In this document: in pieces, positions 29,361-39,295 of the stretch
Layout: the number at the start of each line of letters is the position of its first letter
Numbering within the stretch: position 1 is the stretch's first letter
Position numbers and translations under genes: made by a program
The notes under the pieces: model-generated
Seen by the model: the letters and a program-made list of their open reading frames with translations, nothing else
What the model was told of the DNA's origin: nothing
The model's database searches: none
Assembly: GCA_965220825.1 (NCBI GenBank)
Contig: OZ244839.1
Span: 2,859,861-2,923,860, forward strand
Length of the DNA stretch: 64,000 nt
Source: Alphaproteobacteria bacterium
GTDB lineage: Bacteria > Pseudomonadota > Alphaproteobacteria > UBA828
Direction: 5' to 3'

Positions 29361-30236
29361 CTACCGCTTGCCGAATAGGCCGGTGGGCCGGCCCAGAAGC
29401 ACCAGGATCATCACGCCGAAGAGGACCGTCGGCGTCCAGTAGAGCCCGATGAAGAACATGCTGATCGCTTCCATCAGGCCGATGACGTAGGCAGCGCCGA
29501 TGGTCCCGCCAAGGCTGCCGAGACCGCCAAAGATGGCGACGATAAGCGCCTTTACCAACGGCTCGTTTCCGAGTCCCGGCGTGATGAAGCGGATGGAGCC
29601 CAGCAGTATGCCGGCAAAGCCGGCGAGCGCCGCCGAGAGCCCGAATGCCAAGCTGTAGAGCAGCGGCACGTTCATGCCCATGAGAAGCGCCGATTCCCGG
29701 TTCTGCGCGACGGCGCGGATCGCGGATCCGGTGCGCGTGAATTTCAGAAAGGCCCAGAGCGTAAAGAGGGTGAGAGGCGCCACCGCAATGATCAGCACCT
29801 CGTGAGTCGAGATCGCCGTCGACAGCATGCCCACCTTCCCCTCGATCAGGGGCGGAAGCTGCTTGTAGCGTCCGCCCCACACCAGGAGAGACGAGTTCTC
29901 CAAAAAGATGGCCGCGCTCAGCGTCGTAATCACGGCAACGAGGACCACATCGGGTCGGCGCAGGAACGGGCGGACCAGGATGAACTCCGACAGGCATCCA
30001 AGGCCGATCAGGGCGGCGATGGCGACGGCGATGCCTGCCGCCGGCCCCATGCCCCAGCCGAGGTCCGCGCCGACCTGCCAGGCGATGAAGGCGCCGATGG
30101 TCATGAACACGCCGTGGGCGAAGTTGAAGATGCCAAGCGTTGTCCAGATCAGCGAAAGCCCGGTCGCCATCAGCGCGTAGAGCGAACCAAGGACGATGCC
30201 GCTCAGCAGGACCGATTGCGCGGTGCCGACGTCCAC
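29361..30236 (-). CDS. branched-chain-amino-acid-type ABC transporter permease (LivH-like)
   Basis: 291 aa. GIFNFAHGVFMTIGAF motif typical of the LivH family. Confidence 0.85.
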   Translation of the reverse strand: MDVGTAQSVLLSGIVLGSLYALMATGLSLIWTTLGIFNFAHGVFMTIGAFIAWQVGADLGWGMGPAAGIAVAIAALIGLGCLSEFILVRPFLRRPDVVLVAVITTLSAAIFLENSSLLVWGGRYKQLPPLIEGKVGMLSTAISTHEVLIIAVAPLTLFTLWAFLKFTRTGSAIRAVAQNRESALLMGMNVPLLYSLAFGLSAALAGFAGILLGSIRFITPGLGNEPLVKALIVAIFGGLGSLGGTIGAAYVIGLMEAISMFFIGLYWTPTVLFGVMILVLLGRPTGLFGKR

Positions 30237-30239
30237 CGG

Positions 30240-30959
30240 CTACTCCTTGCCGAAATACATTTGAATGATCTGATCGTGATCGAACCCCTCGCTCGCGTCG
30301 AGGTCGAGCGCGACCACACCATGGTTGATCATGTAGAGGCGGTCAGTGAGCGCGAGCAGGAACTCCAGATCCTGCTCGACCAGCATCAACGGCACGCCTG
30401 AGCGCGAGATTTCCGCGATCGCCTCCAGGAGCTCGTCCTTGAGCTTCGGCGCGAGCCCGAGTGTCGGCTCGTCCAGCATGAGCATCGTCGGCTCGCCCAT
30501 CAGACCAGCGCCAATGGCCAGCATCTGGCGCTCTCCGCCCGAGAGAGTCTTCGCCTGTTGGCGGCGGCGCTCCTTGAGGCGCGGAAACAGGTCATAGACC
30601 CGCGCCAGATTGTCGGTCAGACGAGGCCGTGCCCGGCGGCAATAGGCACCGAGCCCCAGATTCTCCGCCACCGTGAGCTCGGGAAAAAGCACATTTCCCT
30701 GGGGCACCTGAACGACGCCGCGATCGACGATGGCGCGAGGCAGAGCCGCGTCGATCCGCTCTCCCCTCAGATGCACCTCGCCGCCCCAGGGCCTGAGGAG
30801 GCCGGAGATCGTGCGCAGCAGGGTTGTTTTGCCATGTCCGTTGGGGCCGAACAGTCCGATTCGCTGACCCTCGGGCACCATGAGACTGATGTCCCAGAGG
30901 ACTTGGGTCTTGCCGTAGCCCACCGAGACCCTGCGGATGTCGAGGATCGGCTCAGCCAT
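30240..30959 (-). CDS. ABC transporter ATP-binding protein (LivF-like)
   Basis: GPNGHGKTT Walker A, LSGGERQML signature, LMLDEP Walker B. Confidence 0.9.
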   Translation of the reverse strand: MAEPILDIRRVSVGYGKTQVLWDISLMVPEGQRIGLFGPNGHGKTTLLRTISGLLRPWGGEVHLRGERIDAALPRAIVDRGVVQVPQGNVLFPELTVAENLGLGAYCRRARPRLTDNLARVYDLFPRLKERRRQQAKTLSGGERQMLAIGAGLMGEPTMLMLDEPTLGLAPKLKDELLEAIAEISRSGVPLMLVEQDLEFLLALTDRLYMINHGVVALDLDASEGFDHDQIIQMYFGKE

Positions 30960-31719
30960 TCCGCGCGGGCCTCTTGCGCTCGCTCACGGCAGCACGCGAG
31001 CCGAGATAGGCTTCGACCACCTGGGGGTCCCGGATGACGTCGTCGGGCGTGCCCGTGACGAGTTCGCTCCCGTGGTTGAGCACGAGCAGCCGCGCCGACA
31101 CCGTCAGCAGCAGCGGCAATACATGCTCGATCACGAGCAGCGTCACACCGCGCTCGTTCAGGCGCCGGATCAAATCGATCGTTTCGTCGATTTCCGGCTT
31201 GGTCAGGCCTGATGCGGGCTCGTCGAGGAGGAGCACGCGCGGCTCCGTGACGATGGCGGAGGCGATCATCAGGCGTTTCTTGTCGAATACCGAAAGCTCC
31301 GCCGCGGGCCTCTCGAAACGGTCCGCGCCGATACCCACGAATTCCAGCGTATCGGCTGCCTGCATCCGGCTTTCGGCGCCGCTCTCGGTGCCGCGACCAT
31401 AGGTCGAGCCGAGGATCACGTTGTCGAGCGTCGACAGCGTGTCGAATGCGGTCTCCTTCTGGAAGGTGCGCGCCAGACCGGACTGACATATCCTGTTGGG
31501 ACGCATGCGTTGTATCTCTTTCCCCTCGAAGACGACGCGGCCCGAATCCGCCGGGAAGGGGATGGAGGTAATGATGTTGAACAGCGTGCTCTTGCCGCTA
31601 CCGTTAGGCCCGGCAATGCCGAAAATCTCGCCGTCTTCGACCGAGAATGACACGTCGTCCACGGCCCGAAGCAAGCCGAACGACTTGGAGACGCCGTCGA
31701 CGACGAGGATCGGATCCAC
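30952..31719 (-). CDS. ABC transporter ATP-binding protein (LivG-like)
   Basis: GPNGSGKST Walker A, LLLDEPASGL Walker B, C-terminal EAYLG tail of the LivG type. Confidence 0.9.
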   Translation of the reverse strand: MDPILVVDGVSKSFGLLRAVDDVSFSVEDGEIFGIAGPNGSGKSTLFNIITSIPFPADSGRVVFEGKEIQRMRPNRICQSGLARTFQKETAFDTLSTLDNVILGSTYGRGTESGAESRMQAADTLEFVGIGADRFERPAAELSVFDKKRLMIASAIVTEPRVLLLDEPASGLTKPEIDETIDLIRRLNERGVTLLVIEHVLPLLLTVSARLLVLNHGSELVTGTPDDVIRDPQVVEAYLGSRAAVSERKRPARNG

Positions 31720-31790
31720 AACTCTGGACTACAGGAAGAGTGCGGTCGCTACCCGGCCGCCGAGGACGGCCGGGTAGCTATCGGGATCGC

Positions 31791-33059
31791 CTACTGCATC
31801 CAGGGTGGACGTCTGAATTCGCCGTTCTTCCACTTGTCCGGGTAGAACAGCGTCCGTTCACCGTCCCAAATCTGGTAGAACGTGATCGGGATGTAGTCAT
31901 TGCCCTGGCGGGCAAGGTGGGTCTCCGGGTCGAACACAAGCCGGCCCTCGGAAACCAGCTTGTCCGTCTGCGACAGCGCGTCCGCCATGGCTCTGCGGTC
32001 GGTCGGATCGCCGACCTTCTGTGCGGTCTCCAGGTAGAGCTGCATCATCTCGTAGAGAGCAACGCCATAGGGGCCGGGCGCCGAGCCCCAGCGCTCGGTG
32101 TACTTGGCCATCACTTCCTTGGTACGCGGTATCGTCGGGACATGGCCGCCGAGCAGGTTGTAGATGACGCCCGTGGCCTTGTCCTTGGTGAGGTCGAGGA
32201 ATTCCGGCACCGAGGGGCCGTACTGTATGAAGACCAGGCTATCGGTCGGGTCTTCCAGGAACTGGGTGATGAACGTCGAGGCGTTGGCCGGCACCCAGTC
32301 GGTGTTCACCACGAGATCCGGCGGATCTTGCCGTACCTTGGCAAGGAACGCGCGCCAGTCGTTGACTTCGCCGCTCGGGATCACCTCGTCGACGACGATT
32401 TCCCAGCCCGCGCCGGAGAAACTGTTCTTCAGCCCGTTGTAAATCGTTTTCGAATAGGCGTTGTCGGAGGAGATGATGGCGAGCTTCTTGTTCTTGAGCT
32501 CGATCGCGCCGCTGGCGGCGAGCCCTTCGACGACCGGAAGCATCTCGGTCTCATAGGCGTCGTACGACGGCGTCAGGGACCAGATCATCCAGTAGGCTTC
32601 CGGATCCTTGCTCACGATCTCCCGGGTCTGCTGCGAGTTGGCCGCCACGAAGTAGGGCATCCCCTCCTCGCGCATGAACTCGATCTCGAAATTCGAGAGG
32701 CTCGCATAGCCGGTCATGATGAAATCGACCGCATCGTCGTTCATCAGGCGCTCGACGCCGCTCATCACCGCATCGGAGGTCTGATCCCGCACGTCCGAGG
32801 TCTCGATCTCGAAGCTGTAGCCCGGCATGCCGCCGGCTTGCTCGAATTCTTCCAGTGCCATTGTGGCGCCGCGCACCGTCTCCTCGCCGTCAGCGGCACC
32901 GGGGCCGGTAAGCGCGGCGAGCACGCCGATCTTGACCAGCTTGTCTTCGGCAGACGCCTCACCGACGGCAAAGCCGGACGCAAGGCCGAACACCAAGGCG
33001 GCCATGCCACCCAGCCTCGCTGCACGCAGGGCGCGTTTTCCCATGGCGATGGTCAGCAT
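31791..33059 (-). CDS. type I periplasmic substrate-binding protein (Liv/AmiC/FmdD-like; probable amide or amino-acid binding)
   Basis: From ATG 33059 (gggaggag SD). Signal peptide, then KIGVLAALTGPGAADGE..., typical Peripla_BP_6 organisation. Heads the ABC plus amidase operon. Confidence 0.8.
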   Translation of the reverse strand: MLTIAMGKRALRAARLGGMAALVFGLASGFAVGEASAEDKLVKIGVLAALTGPGAADGEETVRGATMALEEFEQAGGMPGYSFEIETSDVRDQTSDAVMSGVERLMNDDAVDFIMTGYASLSNFEIEFMREEGMPYFVAANSQQTREIVSKDPEAYWMIWSLTPSYDAYETEMLPVVEGLAASGAIELKNKKLAIISSDNAYSKTIYNGLKNSFSGAGWEIVVDEVIPSGEVNDWRAFLAKVRQDPPDLVVNTDWVPANASTFITQFLEDPTDSLVFIQYGPSVPEFLDLTKDKATGVIYNLLGGHVPTIPRTKEVMAKYTERWGSAPGPYGVALYEMMQLYLETAQKVGDPTDRRAMADALSQTDKLVSEGRLVFDPETHLARQGNDYIPITFYQIWDGERTLFYPDKWKNGEFRRPPWMQ

Positions 33060-33615
33060 GACACTCCTCCCACTCGCTTGTTGGCTTCTGTTTCGACGTT
33101 CGTCCAATCCGGCCTTTCGCTTCAGATGAACGACATCGTCAGTGTAACCCGGCCGCTGTCCGGACGACCAATGCAAATGATTGGCGCCGGGTCTCCTCTC
33201 CCTCAACCCGTCGTCCGATCCAGAAACGGTTCGAGCCTGCACTCCGAAGGGTGCGACCGTAAACCTCCTCGACCGCCATCGACCTCGGCCCCCGTGCCTG
33301 CTCTCACCGACACATCCGAACTTTCCCTGTCATGGAAACTCGCCAAATCTGGGCAGATCGTCTGGCAAATGGACCGGACATGTCGCCTGTTACCGACACG
33401 GCGACCGCGCGGTGCGTTGGCGCGAGCCGGGCGATCGCTTACAACGTTCCGACCCGGCCGGTGGGGCGTTTGCCGCCGGCGGAACGGCGGGAGGCGCGAG
33501 CGGTGAGGGGTGGCTTCGGCACCCGGGCTTCGGGCGGGGCGGCGCCGTGACGGCGTCCGGCGGGACGGCCCCCGACTCCGCGCCCGCTTCCTCCGGCGGC
33601 AACGCCCATGCCCAT

Positions 33616-34488
33616 GTGCTGGCGCTGCTCATGACCGCCATCATCTCGACCTCCTTTCCGCTGGGCGAGCACATCACCCATGGGCTCGATCCGGCGGTGC
33701 TCATGTGCGTCCGCTTTGCGCTGGCCGTGGTGCTCATGGCGCCGTTCGTCGCATGGCGGGTCGGGCTTTCGCTGCCGCGCGGGCGGGCACTGCTGCGCTA
33801 CCTCGCTCTCGGCGCGCCCCTCGCCTTCTTCTTCTGGGCCATGTTCGAGGCGCTGCGCTACACCACGGCGTTGAACACCAGCGCCATCTTCACCATGGCG
33901 CCGGGCTTCTCGGCGCTCTTCGGCGCGTGGCTGGTGGGGGAGCGGCTGGGCCGCCACCGGCTCGCCGCGCTCGGGCTCGGCATGGCCGGCGCGCTCTGGA
34001 TCATCTTCCGCGGAGATCCGGCCCGCCTTGTCGCCCTCGAGGTCACCGTCGGAGACGGGCTCTTCCTTGCGGGCACCGTTGCATTCGGGGTCTACGGCCC
34101 GCTGATCAAGCGCCTGCACCGGGACGAGCCGGTGGTGGTGCTCACCTTCTGGACGCTTGCGGCGGCCGCCTTCTGGCTGCTGCTCGCGAGCAATGTCCGT
34201 CTCTGGCGCACGGACTGGGGCTCGGTGGAGACGGTGGTGCTGGGCGGCATTGCCTATCTCGCGATCTTTCCCACCATCGTTACGTTCTTCATCACCCAAT
34301 ACACCACGCTCCGCATTGGTCCGACGCGGGTGATGGCCTACAGCTACGCCATCCCCGCCGTCGTGCTGCTTCTCGATCTCGCTATCGGAAAGGGCGCGCC
34401 GCCGGCCATGACCTTCCCGGGCTTCGCCATCGTGCTGGCGGCGAGCCTTGTGGTGCAGCGCGGTGCGATCCGGGAGTTCCGCTCGTAA
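33616..34488 (+). CDS. DMT superfamily (EamA-like) transporter
   Basis: About 10 predicted TM segments in two EamA-like halves. Start uncertain: GTG at 33547 or 33616, or ATG at 33631. The long N-terminal part of ORF 33181 looks non-coding. Confidence 0.75.
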   Translation: MLALLMTAIISTSFPLGEHITHGLDPAVLMCVRFALAVVLMAPFVAWRVGLSLPRGRALLRYLALGAPLAFFFWAMFEALRYTTALNTSAIFTMAPGFSALFGAWLVGERLGRHRLAALGLGMAGALWIIFRGDPARLVALEVTVGDGLFLAGTVAFGVYGPLIKRLHRDEPVVVLTFWTLAAAAFWLLLASNVRLWRTDWGSVETVVLGGIAYLAIFPTIVTFFITQYTTLRIGPTRVMAYSYAIPAVVLLLDLAIGKGAPPAMTFPGFAIVLAASLVVQRGAIREFRS

Positions 34489-34501
34489 GGCCGCGTGCCG
34501 T

Positions 34502-35062
34502 TTACCCGCTGCCCTCGAGCCTGAGAAATGCCACCCGGGTCCCGCCCCAGGCGCGGCGGTCGGCGAGGGTGAGCGGTGCGGGCGGCACGAAGCCTTCCCC
34601 CGCCCCGTGCTCCACCGCCACGACGGCGCCCGCGGCGAGCCAGCCGCCATCCAGCAGCGTGCGCAGTGCGGGCTCGACGAGGCGCGCGCCGTAGGGCGGA
34701 TCGACAAAGGCGATTCCACAGGGCGTTTCCGCCGGCGGTAGCCGGGTCGCGTCTGCAGCGAGCACGCGCGCCGTGCCCTCCGGGGCGAGGGCCGCCAGAT
34801 TGGCGCGGAGCACCGCGAGCGCGCCGCCGTCCCGCTCCACCGCCGTCAAATGCGCCGCGCCGCGGGACAGTGCCTCAAGGCCGAGGGCTCCGGTGCCGGC
34901 GAAGAGGTCGACGACGCGCGCGCCGTCCAGCGGCGCATCGGGCGCTCCGTGGGAGAGGATGTCGAACAACGCCTCGCGTACCCGCTCGCCCGTGGGGCGT
35001 ATATGGGTGCCCCGCGGCGCTGCGAGGCGGCGGCCCCGCAGCCTACCGCCGACGATCCGCAC
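34502..35062 (-). CDS. rsmD: 16S rRNA (guanine966-N2)-methyltransferase
   Basis: MRIVGGRLRGRRL..., IRPTGERVREALFDIL, DLFAGTGALGLEALSRGA, FVDPPY. Confidence 0.9.
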   Translation of the reverse strand: MRIVGGRLRGRRLAAPRGTHIRPTGERVREALFDILSHGAPDAPLDGARVVDLFAGTGALGLEALSRGAAHLTAVERDGGALAVLRANLAALAPEGTARVLAADATRLPPAETPCGIAFVDPPYGARLVEPALRTLLDGGWLAAGAVVAVEHGAGEGFVPPAPLTLADRRAWGGTRVAFLRLEGSG

Positions 35063-35840
35063 CGGCGCGCTCCCAGCCCTTCCCCATTTGCTCGCGCAAC
35101 ACCTTGGGCGGCACCTGGGCGCTTTCGCCGCGCGCGAGAGCGCCGATCTGGAAGGGACCGTAGGCCGTGCGGATCAGTCGGGCGACCCGCAGCCCGAGCG
35201 AATCCAGCACGATGCGCACCTCGCGATTCCGTCCCTCGGTGAGCGAGACGGTCAGCCACGCGTTACGCCCCGTCACCCGATCGAGCCGTGCGTCGATGGG
35301 TCCGTAGCGCACGCCTCCCACGGCGACGCCGTCGGCGAGCCGCGCGAGCGCTTCTTCCCGCACCGTGCCGTGGACCCGCACCCGGTAGCGCCGCCGCCAG
35401 CCGCAGGAAGGGTGCTCCAGAGCACGGGCGAGGCCGCCGTCATTGGTGAGCAGCAGCAGGCCCTCCGAGTTCAAGTCGAGCCGCCCCACCGAGACCACGC
35501 GGCCGAGACGCTCCGACACCGCTTCGAAGACGGTCCGCCGGCCTTGCGGATCCCCGTGGCTCACGATGAGGCCCGGCGGCTTGTGGTAGCGCCAGAGCCG
35601 GGCGGGGGCCGCGCCCGGCAGCGGTACGCCGTCCACCGCGACGGCGCTGCGCTCGTTCACCCGTGTCGCCGGATCGCGGAGCGTTCGGCCCCCGAGGGTG
35701 ACCCGGCCCGCGGCGATCATGCGCTCCGCTTCGCGCCTCGAGCAGAGGCCGGCGCGGGCAATGCGCTTGGCGATGCGCTCGCCCGCGGCCGGCGCATCGT
35801 CGGCGCCCGGGCGATCGGCGATGCTGCCGGTCTCGCGCAC
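35043..35840 (-). CDS. rluB: 23S rRNA pseudouridine synthase (RluB/RsuA family)
   Basis: S4 domain (ERIAKRIARAGLCSRREAERMI) and catalytic GRLDLNSEGLLLLTNDG. Start set at GTG 35840, because the upstream part of ORF 36485 overlaps the USP gene in another frame. Confidence 0.85.
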   Translation of the reverse strand: MRETGSIADRPGADDAPAAGERIAKRIARAGLCSRREAERMIAAGRVTLGGRTLRDPATRVNERSAVAVDGVPLPGAAPARLWRYHKPPGLIVSHGDPQGRRTVFEAVSERLGRVVSVGRLDLNSEGLLLLTNDGGLARALEHPSCGWRRRYRVRVHGTVREEALARLADGVAVGGVRYGPIDARLDRVTGRNAWLTVSLTEGRNREVRIVLDSLGLRVARLIRTAYGPFQIGALARGESAQVPPKVLREQMGKGWERAGADRRR

Positions 35841-35866
35841 CGATCCCCCGCGAGCGCGTCCCGGGG

Positions 35867-36373
35867 TCAGGTGAGGTCCCGGAGCTGGCGGTCGGTCAGG
35901 TTGCCCGGCACGACCACCAGCGGGATGTTGAGCTGGCCCGCGAGCTGGCCGGCGAGCCAGGAGATCAAGGAACCCCGCCCCTGGTCGGGCGGTGCGGCGC
36001 CCACCACAAGCAGGTCGAAGGAGCCATCCTCCGCGATATGGCTCAGAATTTCCTCGCCGATCGCGCCTTCGCGCACCGCGAGCGCGGGCTGGGTGCCGGT
36101 GATGCGTGCGACGCCTTCGGCCATGCGGGCGAGCAGCGCATCCGCCTCCTCCCGTTTCTCCTCGCGCATCAATTCGCCGACCGCCGCCCAGTGCTGGAAC
36201 TCGGGCGGCTGGACCACGTGGAGCAGCGCCACCAGCCCACCGGAATTGTGCGCGCGCAATGCGGCGAACCGCGCCGCGGTTTCCGAATGGCCGTCGTCGG
36301 CGACGCAGACCAGAAACGTAATCCGGCCCGCGACATGCGACGGGTCCGGATCGGGGCGCGCCATGTCGGCCAT
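35867..36373 (-). CDS. universal stress protein family protein
   Basis: ITFLVCVADDGHSE..., DLLVVGA..., PLVVVPG pattern of the UspA fold. Start at ATG 36373 or 36364. Confidence 0.75.
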   Translation of the reverse strand: MADMARPDPDPSHVAGRITFLVCVADDGHSETAARFAALRAHNSGGLVALLHVVQPPEFQHWAAVGELMREEKREEADALLARMAEGVARITGTQPALAVREGAIGEEILSHIAEDGSFDLLVVGAAPPDQGRGSLISWLAGQLAGQLNIPLVVVPGNLTDRQLRDLT

Positions 36374-36390
36374 GACAGGGTCTCCCAAGC

Positions 36391-37158
36391 CTACCCCTTG
36401 CGGAAGGCGAAGCTCCCGATCCATCCTGCCACCAGCGCGAGCGCGATAGCAACGATGCCATAGAGTGCCGCGTCCGTCCGGGCAAAGGCGGAAATGTCGG
36501 CGGAGAAGCCGCTTTTTTCCACCCTGAGCTGGGTATCGCGCGCGCTCAGAACCTCGCCGTCGCGCAGCAGGAAGGCCTCCACCCTGTAGTCGCCGATAGG
36601 CACGTTCGCCGGGAAAGCGAGCGTGGTGTGAAAGAGCGAGTCGTCGATGAACGTCACCGGGCCGACCTCGGGCCCGTAGAGCCTCTGGCGCTGACGGTCG
36701 CGGATGACGGCCGCACGGAAGGCGTCGACCTCGTCCTCCGTCCGGATCCAGATCGCCTCGAGCAGGAGCTGTTCCGTACCGATCTGCGCGCGGTCCAGAA
36801 TGTCCATCGGTGCGGCGTCAGCGAGCCGTGTCGAGGCGGCGGCCGCGTAATATCCCGGCACATCGCGGAAGGCGACCGAATCCCGGTTGATCCAGAGCCC
36901 CGCCGAGCGCCGCTTGCGCCGCACCACCACCGGAGACTCCGGGCCGCGCACCGTCACGGCGATGTCGCCCTCCACGTCCGTCGATCCGAACAGCAGGATC
37001 GAGGTGCCGGTGAAGCTCGAGTCGATCTCGATAAGCGCCGTCGACAGGGCGATGTGCATGGGTTCGTCGTCGGCCCGGGGCGCGGCGGCCGCGCCCTCGG
37101 CCAGAGCAAGGCCGGCGACGAGCGCGAATGTCGCGGCAATGGGTGCGGCGCGTTTCAT
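36391..37158 (-). CDS. TIGR02186-type (Alph_Pro_TM) conserved membrane-anchored protein
   Basis: 256 aa. Signal peptide, soluble domain and one C-terminal TM (LYGIVAIALALVAGWIGSFAF). ATGA overlap with the upstream TauE/SafE gene. Confidence 0.65.
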   Translation of the reverse strand: MKRAAPIAATFALVAGLALAEGAAAAPRADDEPMHIALSTALIEIDSSFTGTSILLFGSTDVEGDIAVTVRGPESPVVVRRKRRSAGLWINRDSVAFRDVPGYYAAAASTRLADAAPMDILDRAQIGTEQLLLEAIWIRTEDEVDAFRAAVIRDRQRQRLYGPEVGPVTFIDDSLFHTTLAFPANVPIGDYRVEAFLLRDGEVLSARDTQLRVEKSGFSADISAFARTDAALYGIVAIALALVAGWIGSFAFRKG

Positions 37159-38072
37159 GGCCCGCCTCCGAGAGGCGCCACGACGAAGAGGTCGTCCGGC
37201 GTCGTCACCAGCGAATAGACGAGCCGCGCGCCGACGGCGAGCACCAGCATGGCGAGCAGACCGCGCAGATGCTCCGCCCGGATGCGCCCGCCGAGGCGGG
37301 TACCGTACTGCGCCCCGACCACCGCGCCCGCCGCCAGCATGAGGCCCAGAATCACGTCCACATTGTTGTTGTTGAGCGCATGGGCAAAGCAGGAAACCGT
37401 GCTGATCACGATAATCCCGAAGAGCGACGTGCCGACCACCACCGCGGTCGGCATGCCGAGCAGATAGATCATGGCCGGCACCATGAAGAATCCGCCGCCG
37501 ATGCCCATGATGGAGGCGACGATCCCCATCAGGAAGCCGATGACGAGCGGCGGGATCGCGCTCACATACAGCCGGGAGCGGCGGAAGCGCAGCTTCAGCG
37601 GCAGACCGTGGATCCAGGTGTGGTAGTGGGCCTTGCGGCGTCCCGTCCGGGGGCCGCGTATCATGGTCTTGGCGCTCTCCGCACCCATGAGGCAGCCCAC
37701 GACCGCAAGGAACAGGGTGTAGGACAGCGTGACCACCAGATCGATTTGGCCCGCCTCGTCCAATAGACGAAAGGTGAAGGCGCCGAGCCAGGCGCCACCG
37801 ATGCCGCCGCAGGAGACCAGCGCCCCCATGCGGAAATCCACATTGCCGCGGCGCCAATGTGCCATGGTGCCGGAGACCGACGACGCGATGATGAGATTGG
37901 TGCCCGTGCCCACGGCGACGGTCGGCGCGATGCCCATGAAGATCAGGAGCGGCGTCATGAGGAACCCGCCGCCAACACCGAACATGCCCGAAAGCAGCCC
38001 CACGCCGCCGCCCAGCACCAGCAGCACGAGCGCATTGACGGAGATCTCGGCGATTGGAAGGTAGATCTCCAT
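37155..38072 (-). CDS. TauE/SafE family sulfite/anion exporter-like membrane protein
   Basis: 305 aa polytopic protein. Repeated GxGGG motifs (SGMFGVGGGFLMTPLL; IMGIGGGFFMVPAMIYL). Confidence 0.8.
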   Translation of the reverse strand: MEIYLPIAEISVNALVLLVLGGGVGLLSGMFGVGGGFLMTPLLIFMGIAPTVAVGTGTNLIIASSVSGTMAHWRRGNVDFRMGALVSCGGIGGAWLGAFTFRLLDEAGQIDLVVTLSYTLFLAVVGCLMGAESAKTMIRGPRTGRRKAHYHTWIHGLPLKLRFRRSRLYVSAIPPLVIGFLMGIVASIMGIGGGFFMVPAMIYLLGMPTAVVVGTSLFGIIVISTVSCFAHALNNNNVDVILGLMLAAGAVVGAQYGTRLGGRIRAEHLRGLLAMLVLAVGARLVYSLVTTPDDLFVVAPLGGGP

Positions 38073-38244
38073 CGATTCCGTCAGAGGATCAAACGCCGAC
38101 CGGCGTCCGCATCGCTTGCCCGCCCCGACCGCGGAACCCCGAGGCTCCCAACTCGCAAGTCATTATAGTCTGGCGGCGGCAACAGAAAAGACACGTGCGG
38201 GCCGGGCGATCCGCGTACCTTCCGACCGGTGCGCACCGTGGCGG

Positions 38245-39246
38245 TTACGCGCCGCGGAGGAAGCCGGTGAGAGTCTGGGCGTCGGCGAGGGTCTTTTCGG
38301 CGACGGGCCGGGCGCGGGCGGCGCCGTCGGCGAGCACGCCGTCGATATAGGCCGGATCGTCCATCAGCTCACGCAGGCGCCGGCCGATGGGGCCGAGGGT
38401 CTCCACGGCGAGTTCGGCAAGTTCGGTCTTGAACGCCGCAAATCCCGCGTCCGCGTGGTCCGCGGCGACCTTCTCCAGCGATTCGCCGGCGAGGCCCGCA
38501 TAGATGCCGAGCAGATTGGAGGCCTCGGGCCGGTTCTCCGGGTCGTAGGCGAGGCCGGGCTCGGAATCCGTCTTCGCGCGGCGGATCTTGCGGGCGATGG
38601 TATCGGCGTCGTCCGCGAGGTTGATCCGGGAATTGTCCGATTCGTCCGACTTGCTCATCTTGCGGCGCCCGTCCCGGAGGCTCATCACCCGCGCCGCCGC
38701 GCCCAGGATCAGGGGCTCCGGCAGGGTGAAGAATTCCGTCTCGTGCAGACGGTTGAAGGCGCCCGCGATATCGCGGGAAAGCTCCAGATGCTGCTTCTGG
38801 TCCTCGCCCACGGGCACGTGGGTCGCGTGATAAACCAGAATGTCCGCCGCCATCAGCACCGGGTAGGCGTAGAGGCCGAGCGGCGCGTTCTCGCGGCTCT
38901 TGCCGGTCTTTTCCTTGAATTGAGTCATGCGGTTGAGCCAGCCGAGCGGCGTGAGGCATGCGAGCAGCCAGGAAAGCTCCGCATGGGCGGAAACGCGGCT
39001 CTGGTTGAAGATGACGCAGCGCTCGGGGTCGAGCCCCGACGCCAGCAGCCCGGCGGCCACTTCGCGCGTATTCCGGCGAAGCGCGGCCGGATCCTGGGGC
39101 AAGGTGATGGCGTGGAGATCCACGATGCAATAGAGGCACTCATACTGCTCCTGGATCGCGACCCAGTTTTTTATGGCGCCGAGATAGTTTCCGAGATGAA
39201 GGTTTCCGGTCGGCTGAACGCCGGAAAAGACTCGTTTTCGCGCCAT
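38245..39246 (-). CDS. trpS: tryptophan--tRNA ligase
   Basis: From ATG 39246. [19 protein letters not shown] (HIGH) and KMSKSD (KMSKS). Confidence 0.95.
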   Translation of the reverse strand: MARKRVFSGVQPTGNLHLGNYLGAIKNWVAIQEQYECLYCIVDLHAITLPQDPAALRRNTREVAAGLLASGLDPERCVIFNQSRVSAHAELSWLLACLTPLGWLNRMTQFKEKTGKSRENAPLGLYAYPVLMAADILVYHATHVPVGEDQKQHLELSRDIAGAFNRLHETEFFTLPEPLILGAAARVMSLRDGRRKMSKSDESDNSRINLADDADTIARKIRRAKTDSEPGLAYDPENRPEASNLLGIYAGLAGESLEKVAADHADAGFAAFKTELAELAVETLGPIGRRLRELMDDPAYIDGVLADGAARARPVAEKTLADAQTLTGFLRGA

Positions 39247-39295
39247 GGGGCCTCCGCCGCGCCGCGGCGGTTTATCGCGTCCCGGCCCGGTGCGG

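Noticed and set aside
33181-33615. 145-aa N-terminal extension of the DMT transporter ORF
   Set aside because: The translation is Pro/Gly/Arg-rich, precedes the first TM helix by far more than in EamA proteins, and lies in the divergent promoter region.
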